Positions 53,030-64,000 of a stretch of 64,000 nucleotides of DNA are shown piece after piece. Position 1 is the first letter of the stretch, and each line of letters starts with the position of its first letter. The notes under the pieces are model-generated. The model saw nothing but the letters and a program-made list of their open reading frames with translations. It made no database searches and was not told where the DNA came from. The stretch is taken from positions 36,704,001 to 36,768,000 of the forward strand of contig NC_043006.1 in assembly GCF_006345805.1 (NCBI RefSeq). The letters are read 5' to 3'. The translations under genes and the position numbers were made by a program. Source of the DNA: Octopus sinensis (lineage: Eukaryota).

Positions 53030-55887
53030 TCGAAATAAAATAAAAACATGATGCGAAGGATTCAGCGGTACATATGTTTCGGGCCTTTATTAGACAGATT
53101 TATAACAATGCATAATGTATGTCTGTGGCCTTCTTCAGCCGCGCACAACAGCTTCCACAAGGACATGTGTTACATCAAAAATTCTTGGTTGGGGATGCGA
53201 ATCCTCTCATTCGCGTACGACATAATGCGGCAGCAGCATAGAATTGAAGCGTCCATCTCCCTCTTCTCTCAATGTAGAATGAGGAAAACTGGATGTTGAG
53301 GTAATGTAAATAAATAAATACATATATAGACGTGAAGATGGAGGGGCGAGAATTCGGGACCAGGGATAACAAATGTATAAAAGGTGTAAGTATAGAAAAA
53401 TATAAAAATGTAGAGCATAAAGATATAAAGAGTTATAAGGAGATGTAAAGGGGGTATAAAGGATATAAAGAAATATAAAGAAATATAAGTAAATGTAAAG
53501 GCATAAGGTTATAAAGTAAAAATAGAAATAGAAATAAGAGTAAAAAAACATGATAAAAACATGATAAAAATGTAAAAGAATGTAAAGATAAGAGATGTAT
53601 AGAGGTTACGGACCAAGCATGGTGGTCAGGAGATTGATAAAATTTAGTTGTAGAATTGTCAGTAAATCAACAGTTTCGTCTGGGGACCTAATGTGTTGTA
53701 AATCAGAGTTGATGAGCATTTAATCTGGTTTCTTTAATTAAATGGACTTCTAGTACATACATATCATCATGGATACATACACCCACATACACGCGTACAT
53801 ATACGCCTCCAAGCCTATAAGCATACACACGCACTCGCGTGTAAACATGTACATAAACACACACGCACCCACACGCACGCGCGTACACACACATACATAC
53901 AACAGAATATCCGCATGCATACACGGACACTATACGCGTACACACTCACATGTACATACGCGCCCATCCCTACATACACACACGTATATGCCCACGCCTC
54001 TATGTCTAGATATAAGATATTAAAGGATGTATATAAGAACGTATGTAAACAGTCACGTACTCATGTCTATACGTGCACGCACACACGGCTGTGTGTCCGT
54101 ATGCGCGTGCACATATACACTCACATACACAGAGACACACGCGCACATGGGTATAGCTATAAGATATCGAAATATGCATGTACATATATGCGCGTGCATA
54201 TGTATGTATGCGTATACACACGTACGCGGACGCTCGTATAGTCAAAAAGTGGATCTATAGGTAAGTAAATAAACATATATAGAGGTATAAAGCGATAAGT
54301 TAGGGGTAAGGATGTGGGTAAGGGTAAAAATTAGAAATAAAAAATACAGTATAAAAAATAAGAAATACAATGTAATAGTTAGAAATGAAATATAAGAATT
54401 ATAAAAATTATAAGAGTTAAGGTAAGGGATGAAAATAAAAATGAGAATAAATGGAAGTAGAATAAAAGTAAAAATAAAAATAAATGGAAGTAGGATAAAA
54501 GTAAAAATAAAAGTAAAAATAAAATAAAATAAAATAAGATAAAAATATAATTTGGTAAAATTTAACATGAGATGAAGGTGGTTGAAAGTTAGAGGTGTGT
54601 GTTAAACGTAGGGGCGGGCGGGGGAACTGAAAATTGGAAGGGTGGGAAGTGGAGTTTGGCGGTGTGCGTTCAACATCCGAGTTAGAAATGTGAAAGGGTA
54701 TAGATATAGGGAATTAAAGAGACTATATAGGGAGGATATGGGTGTAGGAGAAGAATATTTAGGGAAAAGAAGTTATATATGGGAGACAAAATTTGTATAT
54801 ATAGGAGGAAAATGCAGGGGACCGTATATGCACATACACACACCCACACACACACACACACACGCACATGTATATATATATATATATATACACACACGTA
54901 CACGTATGTGCACATACACACACACATACGCATATACACGCACATATAGGAAAACGGGAAGTGCTGGAGCCGATAGGTTGCACCGGGTGGGAGGAAATTG
55001 CATGGGGGAGTTGGTATAAGACCTAAGCTTTGTAGTATTTGAAAGTATTAATAAGTTTGTGTATACAGGATGGTTTGAACTCTGACCTTTTGTTAATAAG
55101 ATTGTGTTTGTCTTTGAATTTCAAGATGTTCAGGAGTTCTACACAACATAGTTGGCATCCTGCTCTATTATTTAAATAAGGTGCAGCTGATCCGATGATG
55201 GACCATCTGAGTTTGAAGCCTATGCATTTGTCTTTTAATTCCCAAATTCTTTTAGAGAGGGAGGTGCTGTTAGCCTTATGTCTGTGTTTCAGCGAGGACC
55301 GGTGGTTGTAGTATCTGGATTTCCAGGAGGTTGAGCAACCAATATAGGTGAGTGTGTTAAACTGAGTACTCACCTCACATGAATATATTACGTTTTTCGC
55401 CCTACATGTGCCCTGCAGCGGGCACTCTGATGCACATCTGCAGTTGCATTGCATTGCATTATTCGGTCGTGTGCTGCTAATCCCAGGCGGAGATGTCGCA
55501 ATACGAGTGGGGGCGTTGGTATCCTCCTGGTTGTTGATGGGTGTAGTATTTCCTCTGTTGTGTTGGCGGGTGTTATTACTAACTGTTTGGGTAGTATGGC
55601 TACCAGTCTGGTTATGTTGTCTACTGTCTAGATGAGGGGGCTTCTGTTGGTCGCTATGGTTTGCTCTTGATCTAGCTGTTCTAATATTAATATAGTTATG
55701 TTTAGCTATGAGGCAGCTCATGTTGGGCAGGGTAGAGTAAGAAATCCTAATAGTTTTGTTGGAGAAGATACTTCTATACTTGTGGGTGGGTGGGAAGTTG
55801 TTGGAAATTATAGAGAATATTCTCTTACATAACTTACCCCTAACTGCTAAGTTGTAAGGTATGTTGAACCATATATATTTGCGTAAT

Positions 55888-55890
<3 letters not shown>
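53030..55890 (-). mobile_element. 5'-truncated Neptune-like Penelope element: open linker + GIY-YIG ORF (55889-55023), long low-complexity 3' region ending in an HHR
   Basis: IWFNIPY...FPPTHKYRSIF...ISYSTLPN, CNC..CPLQGTC..NVIYSC..YIGC..WKSRYYNH, CQLC..E..INKRSE..CIH; frame open upstream of the track's ATG to 55889. Linking the ORF to the HHR region as one element is an inference. Confidence 0.88.
53065..53142 (-). ncRNA. type I hammerhead ribozyme (family 1)
   Basis: GCGG-CTGAAGA-A-GGCC..GGCC-C-GAAA-CATATG-TA-CCGC; stem III palindrome ACATATGT; predicted GUA cleavage between 53069 and 53068. Confidence 0.8.
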
Positions 55891-55922
<32 letters not shown>

Positions 55923-56064
55923 TTATAAATTACGGTATCTACGAGATACCACCATGCTGGAAATAGCAGCCATTATCTGACTCTAAAACCACCTAAATTG
56001 TCCATATATCAACACGGAGAGAAAACAAAAAGACAAGATGAAACTAGTAAAAAATTACAGGATA

Positions 56065-56122
56065 ATTCTAGATCCGGATTTCTGACTTTGCATTTATGAA
56101 TGCTTTGCCTCGTCAGTAGAAT
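56065..56122 (-). ncRNA. type I hammerhead ribozyme (family 2, copy 1)
   Basis: ATTCTA-CTGACGA-GGC..GCATT/AATGC..GTC-A-GAAA-TCCGGA-TC-TAGAAT; palindrome ATCCGGAT. Confidence 0.8.
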
Positions 56123-56493
56123 ACACATAGAAGAGAAACATAAATACATATATATATATACAAATACAACATACGAATACTTACATATACGAACGTATAC
56201 CTACATATATATGCACGTATGCATCATGGCCAGTTCAAAATGCCCGCCGCTTAATTCCATGTGAAATATGGTCAAAATATCACCGCAGTAAATACAGTGA
56301 CGAAATAAATTTAAATTTATATAACTAAGGATAAGATCGTTAATTTAAAAATAAAATAACGATTTCAGCAAGTGGTCAGCATGGAAAAAATAACCTTCAA
56401 AAGTAATGATTATTAAAATTATAAATTAGGGTATCTACGCGATTCGTATGTTGTATTTATATATATATGTATTTATGTTTCTTTTCAGTGCGT

Positions 56494-56551
56494 ATTCTAC
56501 TGACGAGGCAAAGCATTCATAAATACGAAGTCAGAAATCCGGATCTAGAAT
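56494..56551 (+). ncRNA. type I hammerhead ribozyme (family 2, copy 2)
   Basis: inverted copy of 56065-56122; predicted AUC cleavage after 56545. Confidence 0.8.
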
Positions 56552-57074
56552 TATCCAGTAACTTTTTACTAGTTTCATCTTGTCTTTTTGTTTTCTCTCC
56601 GTGTTGATATATGGACAATTTAGGTGGTTTTAGAGTCAGATAATGACTATTTTCAGCATGGTGGTATCTCGTAGATACCCTAATTTATAATTTTAATAAT
56701 TATTACCTTTGAAGGTTATTTTTTTCATGCTGACCACTTGATAAAATCGTTATTTCATTTTTAAATGAATGATCTTATCGTTATTTATATAAATATATAT
56801 ATATATATATATATAATGAAAATAGTAATGCAATACGAGAATATTGCTTTCCAGTAAAGGATAGCCCGTGAGGGTAAATTTATACATAAGAGTAAATAAA
56901 TGGCACAACGAAGTACCGATATTTACTGGAAAATAGCGAACGTAATAAATACGACGCTAATGTATAGCTTCACAGCGTATGTACTAGCAAAAATGCGTGT
57001 GTGCAACAAACATGAAAAAAATTGTCTTACCTCTAGGGAGAACATCTGAAAAATGAAATACCTAGAAAGGGATA

Positions 57075-57146
57075 ATGTGGTACCGGTTTCAGATTCTTCA
57101 AAATATGTCTGCCCACATATATTTGATTTATCTTCATCAGCCACAT
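57075..57146 (-). ncRNA. type I hammerhead ribozyme (family 3)
   Basis: ATGTGG-CTGATGA-AGAT..ATCT-GAAA-CCGG-TA-CCACAT; fully canonical core, palindrome ACCGGT, GUA site. Confidence 0.88.
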
Positions 57147-57312
57147 ATACCTCGACAACATTTCAAATGTTGCCACATCCATGCCAATACACTTGACTGA
57201 ATGCCAAAACGTTGACAGAACAAGCATAAGTTTGTTTTTGAAGCGTTGAATGTATTGTAGAACAAGTAGAAAGAAATTTTTCAATGCGGAAATACTGATA
57301 GAACAGCACATT

Positions 57313-57680
57313 TCTATATATATAAAGCTGAAGTTGTCTGTGTATACCAGGTTTGGTAGCCTTCAACTAACTCTATATCCTTTGAGACCCTGCGGCACAA
57401 GTTGACTAAAATTAAGAGTATGATAGAAGAAGGCTTGCTCTTCCTTCCGTAGAAGAAAAAATTCAAATCGGACCATGTTAACACCAAAAATTATTTACAT
57501 CAAAAAGGTGCTTTTTTTTCTATTTTTTACTGCTGTGTTGCCATTTTTCGGTGTATTTCAACCAGAAAAATGTTCACTTAAAGAGAATAACAAGCTACAT
57601 AATACAAAATTTTTACTTTTCAAAAATTCCTATTCTAAAGGGTCGAAACAAACCCGAGCAATGCTGGGCAATACTGCTAG
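57313..57680 (+). mobile_element. non-autonomous Helitron (different internal sequence)
   Basis: 5' TCTATATATATAAAG, 3' CCCGAGCAATGCTGGG hairpin + CTAG|T. Confidence 0.85.
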
Positions 57681-57721
57681 TATAGGATAAAATCTTTTTA
57701 GAGCAGAAAAGTTTGTTGGCA

Positions 57722-57795
57722 ACCAGCCATGAGGATTGAACTCACACCCTCTGATATCCAGTCAGAGTGCTCTACTTTGAAGCTAAACTGCTGAC
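57722..57795 (-). pseudogene. tRNA-like sequence (GGA in anticodon loop), tRNA relic or SINE head
   Basis: D stem GCT/AGC, 6-bp anticodon stem CTCTGA/TCAGAG with loop CTGGATA, T arm GTGAG-TTCAATC-CTCAT; acceptor stem poor. Confidence 0.5.
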
Positions 57796-57836
57796 CAACA
57801 AATTCTTCTACAATTTTGGAAGTTAGTCATCCAGAA

Positions 57837-58152
57837 GTGGAGGCACAATGACCCAGTGGTTAGGGCAGCGGATTCGTGGTCGGAGGATCGCGGTTTCGAT
57901 TCCCAGACCGGGCGTTGTGTGTGTTTATTGAGCGAAAATAACCTAAACTTCCACAAGGCTCTGGCAGGGGGGGGGGCGACCCCTGTTGTACTCTTTCGCC
58001 CCAACTTTCTCTCACTCTTTCTTCCTGCTTCTTGAGTAACACCATGAAGGACTGGCGTCCTGTCCAGCTGGGGGGAACACATACGCCATCGAAACCGGGA
58101 AACTGGGCCCATGAGCCATGCTATGCTTGAAAAGGGCGCATAAATATATAAA
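57837..58152 (+). mobile_element. tRNA-derived SINE family C with 13-bp TSD
   Basis: TAGTCATCCAGAA at 57824-57836 and 58153-58165; A/B boxes present. Confidence 0.9.
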
Positions 58153-58482
58153 TAGTCATCCAGAAACGCTTGATGTCATATAGATTACATCATATGTAAA
58201 CAAACATAAGTTTGTTTTTGAAGCATGGAAATGTATTGTAGAACAAGTAGCGGTTGGCAGTTTAGCTGGATATTAGAGGGGTGTCAATTTGATCCTCAGG
58301 GCTCTAGACACAAAGACTGTCTTTTTTCCTCTAATGAAATTATACTCATATCACAAATGTAAATTTAATGTACTGAAACGGCTGTAAGAAGTGAAGATGA
58401 TCAATTTATTAATAATAAACAGTTACTAACTTCCATATCTCTATTTTCGGTTCTTCTTTTAAATGGATATAAACTATAGTTA

Positions 58483-58519
<37 letters not shown>

Positions 58520-58668
58520 TTTATATATAGAGGGCATTATACATACATGCCAGGAGGCATTCTACATACACGCCATACGCTAAGAGGGACAATCAGTCAT
58601 TTCTCTACCAAAAATATTACTAATCCCACCGAATGCAATTTTTCAAAGAAAGACATTTAAAAATATAT

Positions 58669-58716
58669 AGACCTGTATCACAGTGATTTCATACTTACGT
58701 AATCATCAGCAGGCCT
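58669..58716 (-). ncRNA. type I hammerhead ribozyme (family 4, copy 1)
   Basis: AGGCCTG-CTGATGA-T-TAC-GTAA-GTA-T-GAAA-TCACTGTGA-TA-CAGGTCT. Confidence 0.82.
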
Positions 58717-59145
58717 GAATATACTATAAATAAACAACGACCCTGCTTCGCTTAAGCCGATCAGCTAACTGATCAACATCAACGAAGCACATGGGTGAAT
58801 TTATATATACTATATCCGGATGAATGGCAAACTTTTACGAATTGCATTTCGGGAGAGGAAAAGTTTTTTCGGAATATAAAATTTAGCAATTAAGGACAAC
58901 TACTTAATAAGGAAAACTTAACAAGAAATTGTCAGGTAGATAGCGTAAAAACCTCAAAGAGAAAAAATTTCGAAATAATTATTCTTATTGAACATATTAA
59001 TTTATATATAGAGGGCATTATACATACATGCCAGGAGGCATTCTACATACACGCCATACGCTAGAGGGACAATCAGTCATTTCTACCAAAAATATTACTA
59101 ATCCCACCGAAGCAATTTTTCAAAGAAAGACATTTAAAAATATAT

Positions 59146-59193
59146 AGACCTGTATCACAGTGATTTCATACTTACGTAATCATCAGCAGGCCT
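59146..59193 (-). ncRNA. type I hammerhead ribozyme (family 4, copy 2)
   Basis: identical to 58669-58716, offset 477 bp. Confidence 0.82.
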
Positions 59194-59368
59194 GAATATA
59201 CTATAAATAAACAACGACCCTGCTTCGCTTAAGCCGATCAGCTAACTGATCAACATCAACGAAGCACATGGGTGAATTTATATATACTATATCCGGATGA
59301 ATGGCAAACTTTTACGAATTGCATTTCGGGAGAGGTAGTTGTCCTTAATTGCTATATATATATATATA

Positions 59369-59914
59369 TAAGGGTTAAATGCAACAAGTTGCTCAAACCA
59401 CATACCGAAAATATTAGAAATAGCAGCCAAAATTGGTGCCTATTTCCTCTACTAGTAAAAAGTCTCCACAAACAACAGAATTTGTAAGCTGTATATGGCA
59501 AAAAAGGCAGAAAATAACGAAAACCCAGCCTGTGGATTAATTAGACGACTCGTTTCTGGATTAGAAACGAAGGTTCATTTCCTTGTCAATATAATATTGA
59601 CCGTTAGGCCGTCCGATGTCGCAGATCGTACTGGTGTAACGGGTAAGTTCTTTTCCCCTAGCATTTCTAGATCTATAGGAAATATTATATTGACAAGGAA
59701 ATGAACCTTCGGTTCTAATCCAGAAACGAGTCGTCTATAATTAATCCACAGGCTGGGTTTTCGTTATTTTCTGCCTTTTTTGCCATATACAGCTTACAAA
59801 TTCTGTTTGTTTGTGGAGACTTTTTACTAGTAGAGGAAATAGGCACCAATTTTGGCTGCTATTTCTAATATTTTCGGTATGTGGTTTTGAGCAACTTGTT
59901 GCATTTAACCCTTA
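59369..59914. repeat. ~230-bp near-perfect inverted repeat with 82-bp spacer, each arm carrying an HHR-like motif
   Basis: 59369-59598 is the reverse complement of 59681-59914. Confidence 0.92.
59684..59741 (+). ncRNA. hammerhead-like motif with variant core (family 5)
   Basis: ATTATA-TTGACAA-GGA..GAAC-CTTCGG-TTC..TCC-A-GAAA-CGAGTCG-TC-TATAAT; core reads TTGACAA instead of CTGANGA. Confidence 0.6.
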
Positions 59915-60027
59915 ATTATAATTATTATAACCCTTACCAAATATGGTCTTTTCCATACCGACAAATCTACTAGGTGAAATTGATTAATTTTATTAAATTA
60001 ATTATATTCCACCCTTTATTGCATATT

Positions 60028-60058
<31 letters not shown>

Positions 60059-60065
60059 GGTGTGT

Positions 60066-60435
60066 GGAGGTGCACTGGCTCAATGGTTAGGGCAGAAGAC
60101 TCATGGTTGTAGGATTGTGGTTTCGATTCCCAGAACAGGCGTTGTGAGTGTTTATTGAGCGAAAACACCTAAAAGCTCTGGCAGGGGGTGGTGGCAGGCC
60201 CTTCTGTACTCTTTCACCACAACTTTCTCTCGCTCTTTCTTCCTGTTTCTGTTGTACTTCTATTTCAAAGGGCCAACCTTGTCACACTCTGTGTCACGCT
60301 GAATATCTCCGAGAACTATGTTAAGGGTACACATGTCTGTGGAGTACTCAGCCACTTGCACATTAATTTGATGAGCAGGCTGTTCCATTGATTGGATCAA
60401 CTGGAACCCTCATCATCATAACTGATGGAGTGGCA
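60066..60435 (+). mobile_element. tRNA-derived SINE family C
   Basis: same head as 57837-58152. Confidence 0.8.
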
Positions 60436-62510
60436 TGATATAGATGTGTGTGTGTGTGTGCATGCACATGTCTATCTATCTTTCAAACTCTTTCTCTTGC
60501 CCACTTTGTCAACCTTCCATCTTTCTGTATAGCTATCTATCTATCTATCTTTATAAAGTTTCTTTCTCTCTTGTCACCTCTTTCTACATAGCCACTACTT
60601 TCTCCTCATATATTTCTGTTGCCTGACAGAAAGAGGGAACCCAGTAAACAGCAAAAGAGACTAATTAGTTGATTGTTTATATAGATGGATCCTATTTTAT
60701 TTATAGTCATACAACTTTCTGGAAGCAACAACCAGAACACACTCAAATCACATCTGAGTATCTTCAAAAGAAAAAAAACACATTGGTTAATGTGGTCCTA
60801 GACACACATATAACAAAAGCAAAGGATCGATGTCCATGGCTAGAATGCTTGTGATCATAGTTCTACTCAACCAGGGATGATGTGGCCAGTAAAAGGAGAT
60901 CAATCTGATTAGTTCCAGTTGTCATTATAACTTCATCAGAAATCACTTAGTCATTCTTGATCACAGACAGAAAAGTAGCTTATAAATATTTATGGTATAT
61001 GCACACTTGGCTAGAACTAAAGAGGTTTTTTCATTGTTGTGTAGTGACTCCATTAGTCTATTATTCATATTGTCAGTGCTTGCACTGTTATGCAAATTAG
61101 ACAAACCAATTTAGATCTGTTGGAGTGCTTATAAATAGCAGCTAACTGTTCCTCTATAGCGCTACTAGATTTAAACAGATATATAGTGCAAACACAATGA
61201 ATCATATGATCAGTTTGAAGAGTTCTAAGTTAAGACACAAGGACTGTCTGATCTCCCTTGGTGATTTGTATCATCTATCAGGTGAAATCTATAAGAAACA
61301 TTATCTCAAATATCAAACAGAAGACATTAATATGAAATTATATTTAAATATTTGTATATCATAAGACATAATACAAATTGAATAACTTTGTTACTTGGAA
61401 ATCTCTAATTGATAATTGGTTTTCATCTTTATATCAAAGCATATTTATAAAAATACTGAATTACATCTTTGTATTCAGACCAGAACTTTGTGTGTGTGTG
61501 TGTATCATCATCATCATTATCATTTAACTTCTGTTTTCCAAGCAAGATGGTGAGCAGCACCAAGTTCCAGTTTGATCTGGCTTGGCTATGATGGTTGGGT
61601 GCCTTTCCTAATTCCAACCACTTTACTGAGTGTACTGGGTTTTTTTTTTATGTGGACTGGCATGGGTGCATCTTACATCACCCAGCCTGGGTGCTTTTTC
61701 GTGGAGTAGCATGGGTGGTTTTTAGACACACACACACACACATTTACATATATGTACATCATGCATATATACATATACTTCATCATCATCATCACCATCA
61801 TCATTGTTTAATGTCCATTTTCCATGCTGGCATGGGTTAGATGGTTTGACTGGAGGTGGCCAGCTGCAGAATTGCACCAGAACCCATTTGTCTTGTTTTG
61901 TCATGGTCTTTATAGCTGGATGCCCTTCCTAATTCCAACCACTTTACCGAGTGTATTTAGTGCTTTTTTACATGGCACTGGCACGAGTACCTCTTATGTG
62001 GCACTGACAAAAGTGCTTTCTACATAGCCTGGCATGGGTGCTTTTCATGTGGCCTAGAATTGGTACTCTTTGCGTGATGCCAACGCCGGTGCTTTTTACA
62101 TATACACACTCATACATATGCATAAAACAGCGGTAACAACAACAACAACAACAACAACAACTACTACTACTACACAAATTGAATAATAATAATATATAGA
62201 ATTATATTAATAACCCACCGTATTAAATTCAGGTTTATTATTATATATCTCTATGGAAATAGGCTCCGTAACCAAAGTCTACATATTGGAAGAGGATGTG
62301 GTGAACATAATAAATAAATCAGGCTGAATGTAAACATTATTTTATATCAGAAAATTAATGCATACTGTGACATATAATAAATGTCATATGTTGAAATGAC
62401 TGCAGACTGGGTTTCTTTATGGAATAATGGAGGAAAGTGAAACATGTTGACAACATCATGCAAAAATACACACACGTGCACAAACGTACATACTTACATA
62501 TATATACATC

Positions 62511-62542
<32 letters not shown>

Positions 62543-62803
62543 GTAATCTTTGTAGTTAATGCAAAATTACTTTTATTATAACATAACATTAACATATTCT
62601 TCTATTCTTTTATTCGTTTCAGTCATTCGACTGCGGCCATGCTGGTGCACCACCTTTAGTTGAGCAAATCGATCCCAGGACTTATTCTTTGTAAGCCTAG
62701 TACTTATTCTTTCAGTCTCTTTTGCCGAACCGCTAAGTTACGGGGGACATAAACACACCAGCACCGGTTGTCAAGCAATGGTGGGGGAACAAACACAGAC
62801 ACA

Positions 62804-62835
<32 letters not shown>

Positions 62836-62900
62836 TTATGTGAGTTTTTGTACTATATATAAAGTGGGCAAGCTACTTACCACACAGCCACTCCTCTGCC

Positions 62901-62932
<32 letters not shown>

Positions 62933-63309
62933 GGGCACAAGTACAAAAACTAACACACTGTGTGTAGGGGGAGTGTGTGTGAGGCCACTTTTCATTTAAA
63001 AATGAAACATTTAACCTTTACCTTTTTTTTTTCCTGATTGTAGAACAGAGTCCCATTTATATTTATATCTCCATAACTAGGCTGTCAAAATCTTCATCTT
63101 TATAATCACCAGCACCATTAGCAAACAGCAAGAGTTCAAATAATGTCAATAGCTTGATTTTACTTAATATTTTGGTAACCATGGACGGAACACAGAAAGA
63201 AATAATACAGTTGTTGTATTTATTTATAGAAAATTATACTATAGACTAAATCCCATAACCGCTTACTATACATACATACATACATACATACATACATACA
63301 TACATACAT

Positions 63310-63438
63310 ACATCATTTAAATATATATGAACATGTCTAGATATGCAACTATATGCATGAGAATACATGCATAAAATAAAACCTATAATCTGCACATATA
63401 CATACATACATACATACATACATACATACATACATACA

Positions 63439-63472
<34 letters not shown>

Positions 63473-63590
63473 CAAACAAAAATACACTGTTGTTGATATC
63501 GAAATTCCAAAGGAGCCTTGGATCTATGTTAGAAACCGGTTCTTTCTCTATTGGCAAGAAATCTTGAAATAAAACTGAATAATACATACA
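63310..63590 (+). mobile_element. short 3'-tail fragments of Dong-like LINE(s) embedded in (TACA)n
   Basis: 63310-63390 matches the 3' UTR following the stop codon of the 16900-17135 fragment. Confidence 0.6.
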
Positions 63591-64000
63591 TACATGCATA
63601 CATACATTCATACATGCATATATACATACATACATGCATACATGCATGAACATGCACACACACATACATACACACACACATACATACACACACCCACTCT
63701 CACACACACACATATTGGACCCATACTTTGAGGAGGTATAGAAACCCCACCAGCATTTAAGAAGCCCTAGTTTAAAGTCACTAAAACTACAAAAGCTTTA
63801 ATACAGAGGAAGTAAAGTTTAAACATATTTGTTCATCAACAATAAACATCTGCAGGGAAAATGTGAAAAGAGGGTTTGAGTTCTGGGAGTATTAAGGTTC
63901 TGGAGTAGAAGTGCTTAGGGAGAAATGAAGACAAGTCTGTGAGTGTGGAGGTGATATTTTTTACCTTTTGCTTGTTTCAGTCATTAGACTGTGGCCACCT

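Larger units (their letters stand above)
58517..59354 (-). repeat. ~477-bp tandem repeat (1.7 units) carrying HHRs; retrozyme/pLTR-like
   Basis: direct repeat starting near 58517 and near 58998; short inverted segment at 59335-59354 copying about 58884-58903. Confidence 0.9.

Noticed and set aside
59369-59914. piggyBac-like AGGG/TTAA ends
   Set aside because: The ends face the wrong way for piggyBac, and the arms contain HHR-like and pLTR-type motifs, so a PLE-type inversion explains it better.
61180-61282. open frame between AG and GT on the plus strand (IYSANTMNHM...YHLS)
   Set aside because: Weak pyrimidine tract and no homology recognised.

Overview
AT-rich, microsatellite-saturated eukaryotic DNA. 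The SINE and LINE repertoire looks cephalopod (Octopus-like); this is an inference. No host protein-coding gene could be identified with confidence, and most ORFs in the track are microsatellite or transposon artefacts. The window is a patchwork of tRNA-derived SINEs, RTE, CR1-like and R4/Dong-like LINE fragments, Penelope-like elements (PLEs), mariner/pogo/hAT relics and MITEs, foldback elements and non-autonomous Helitrons. The main result is self-cleaving RNA structure. Between about 53.0 and 59.9 kb there are eight type I hammerhead ribozyme (HHR) or HHR-like motifs from five sequence-distinct families, all with palindromic stem III. They comprise one at the 3' end of a Neptune-like PLE with an open GIY-YIG ORF, a 477-bp tandem unit bounded by two identical HHRs (retrozyme-like, could release a circular RNA), two head-to-head inverted HHR pairs and one solo HHR. 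A separate motif at 20433-20492 has all hammerhead core elements in a non-circularly permuted order. A tandem Helitron array (50.4-52.2 kb) lies just upstream of the cluster. All structures were folded by eye and none has been tested.
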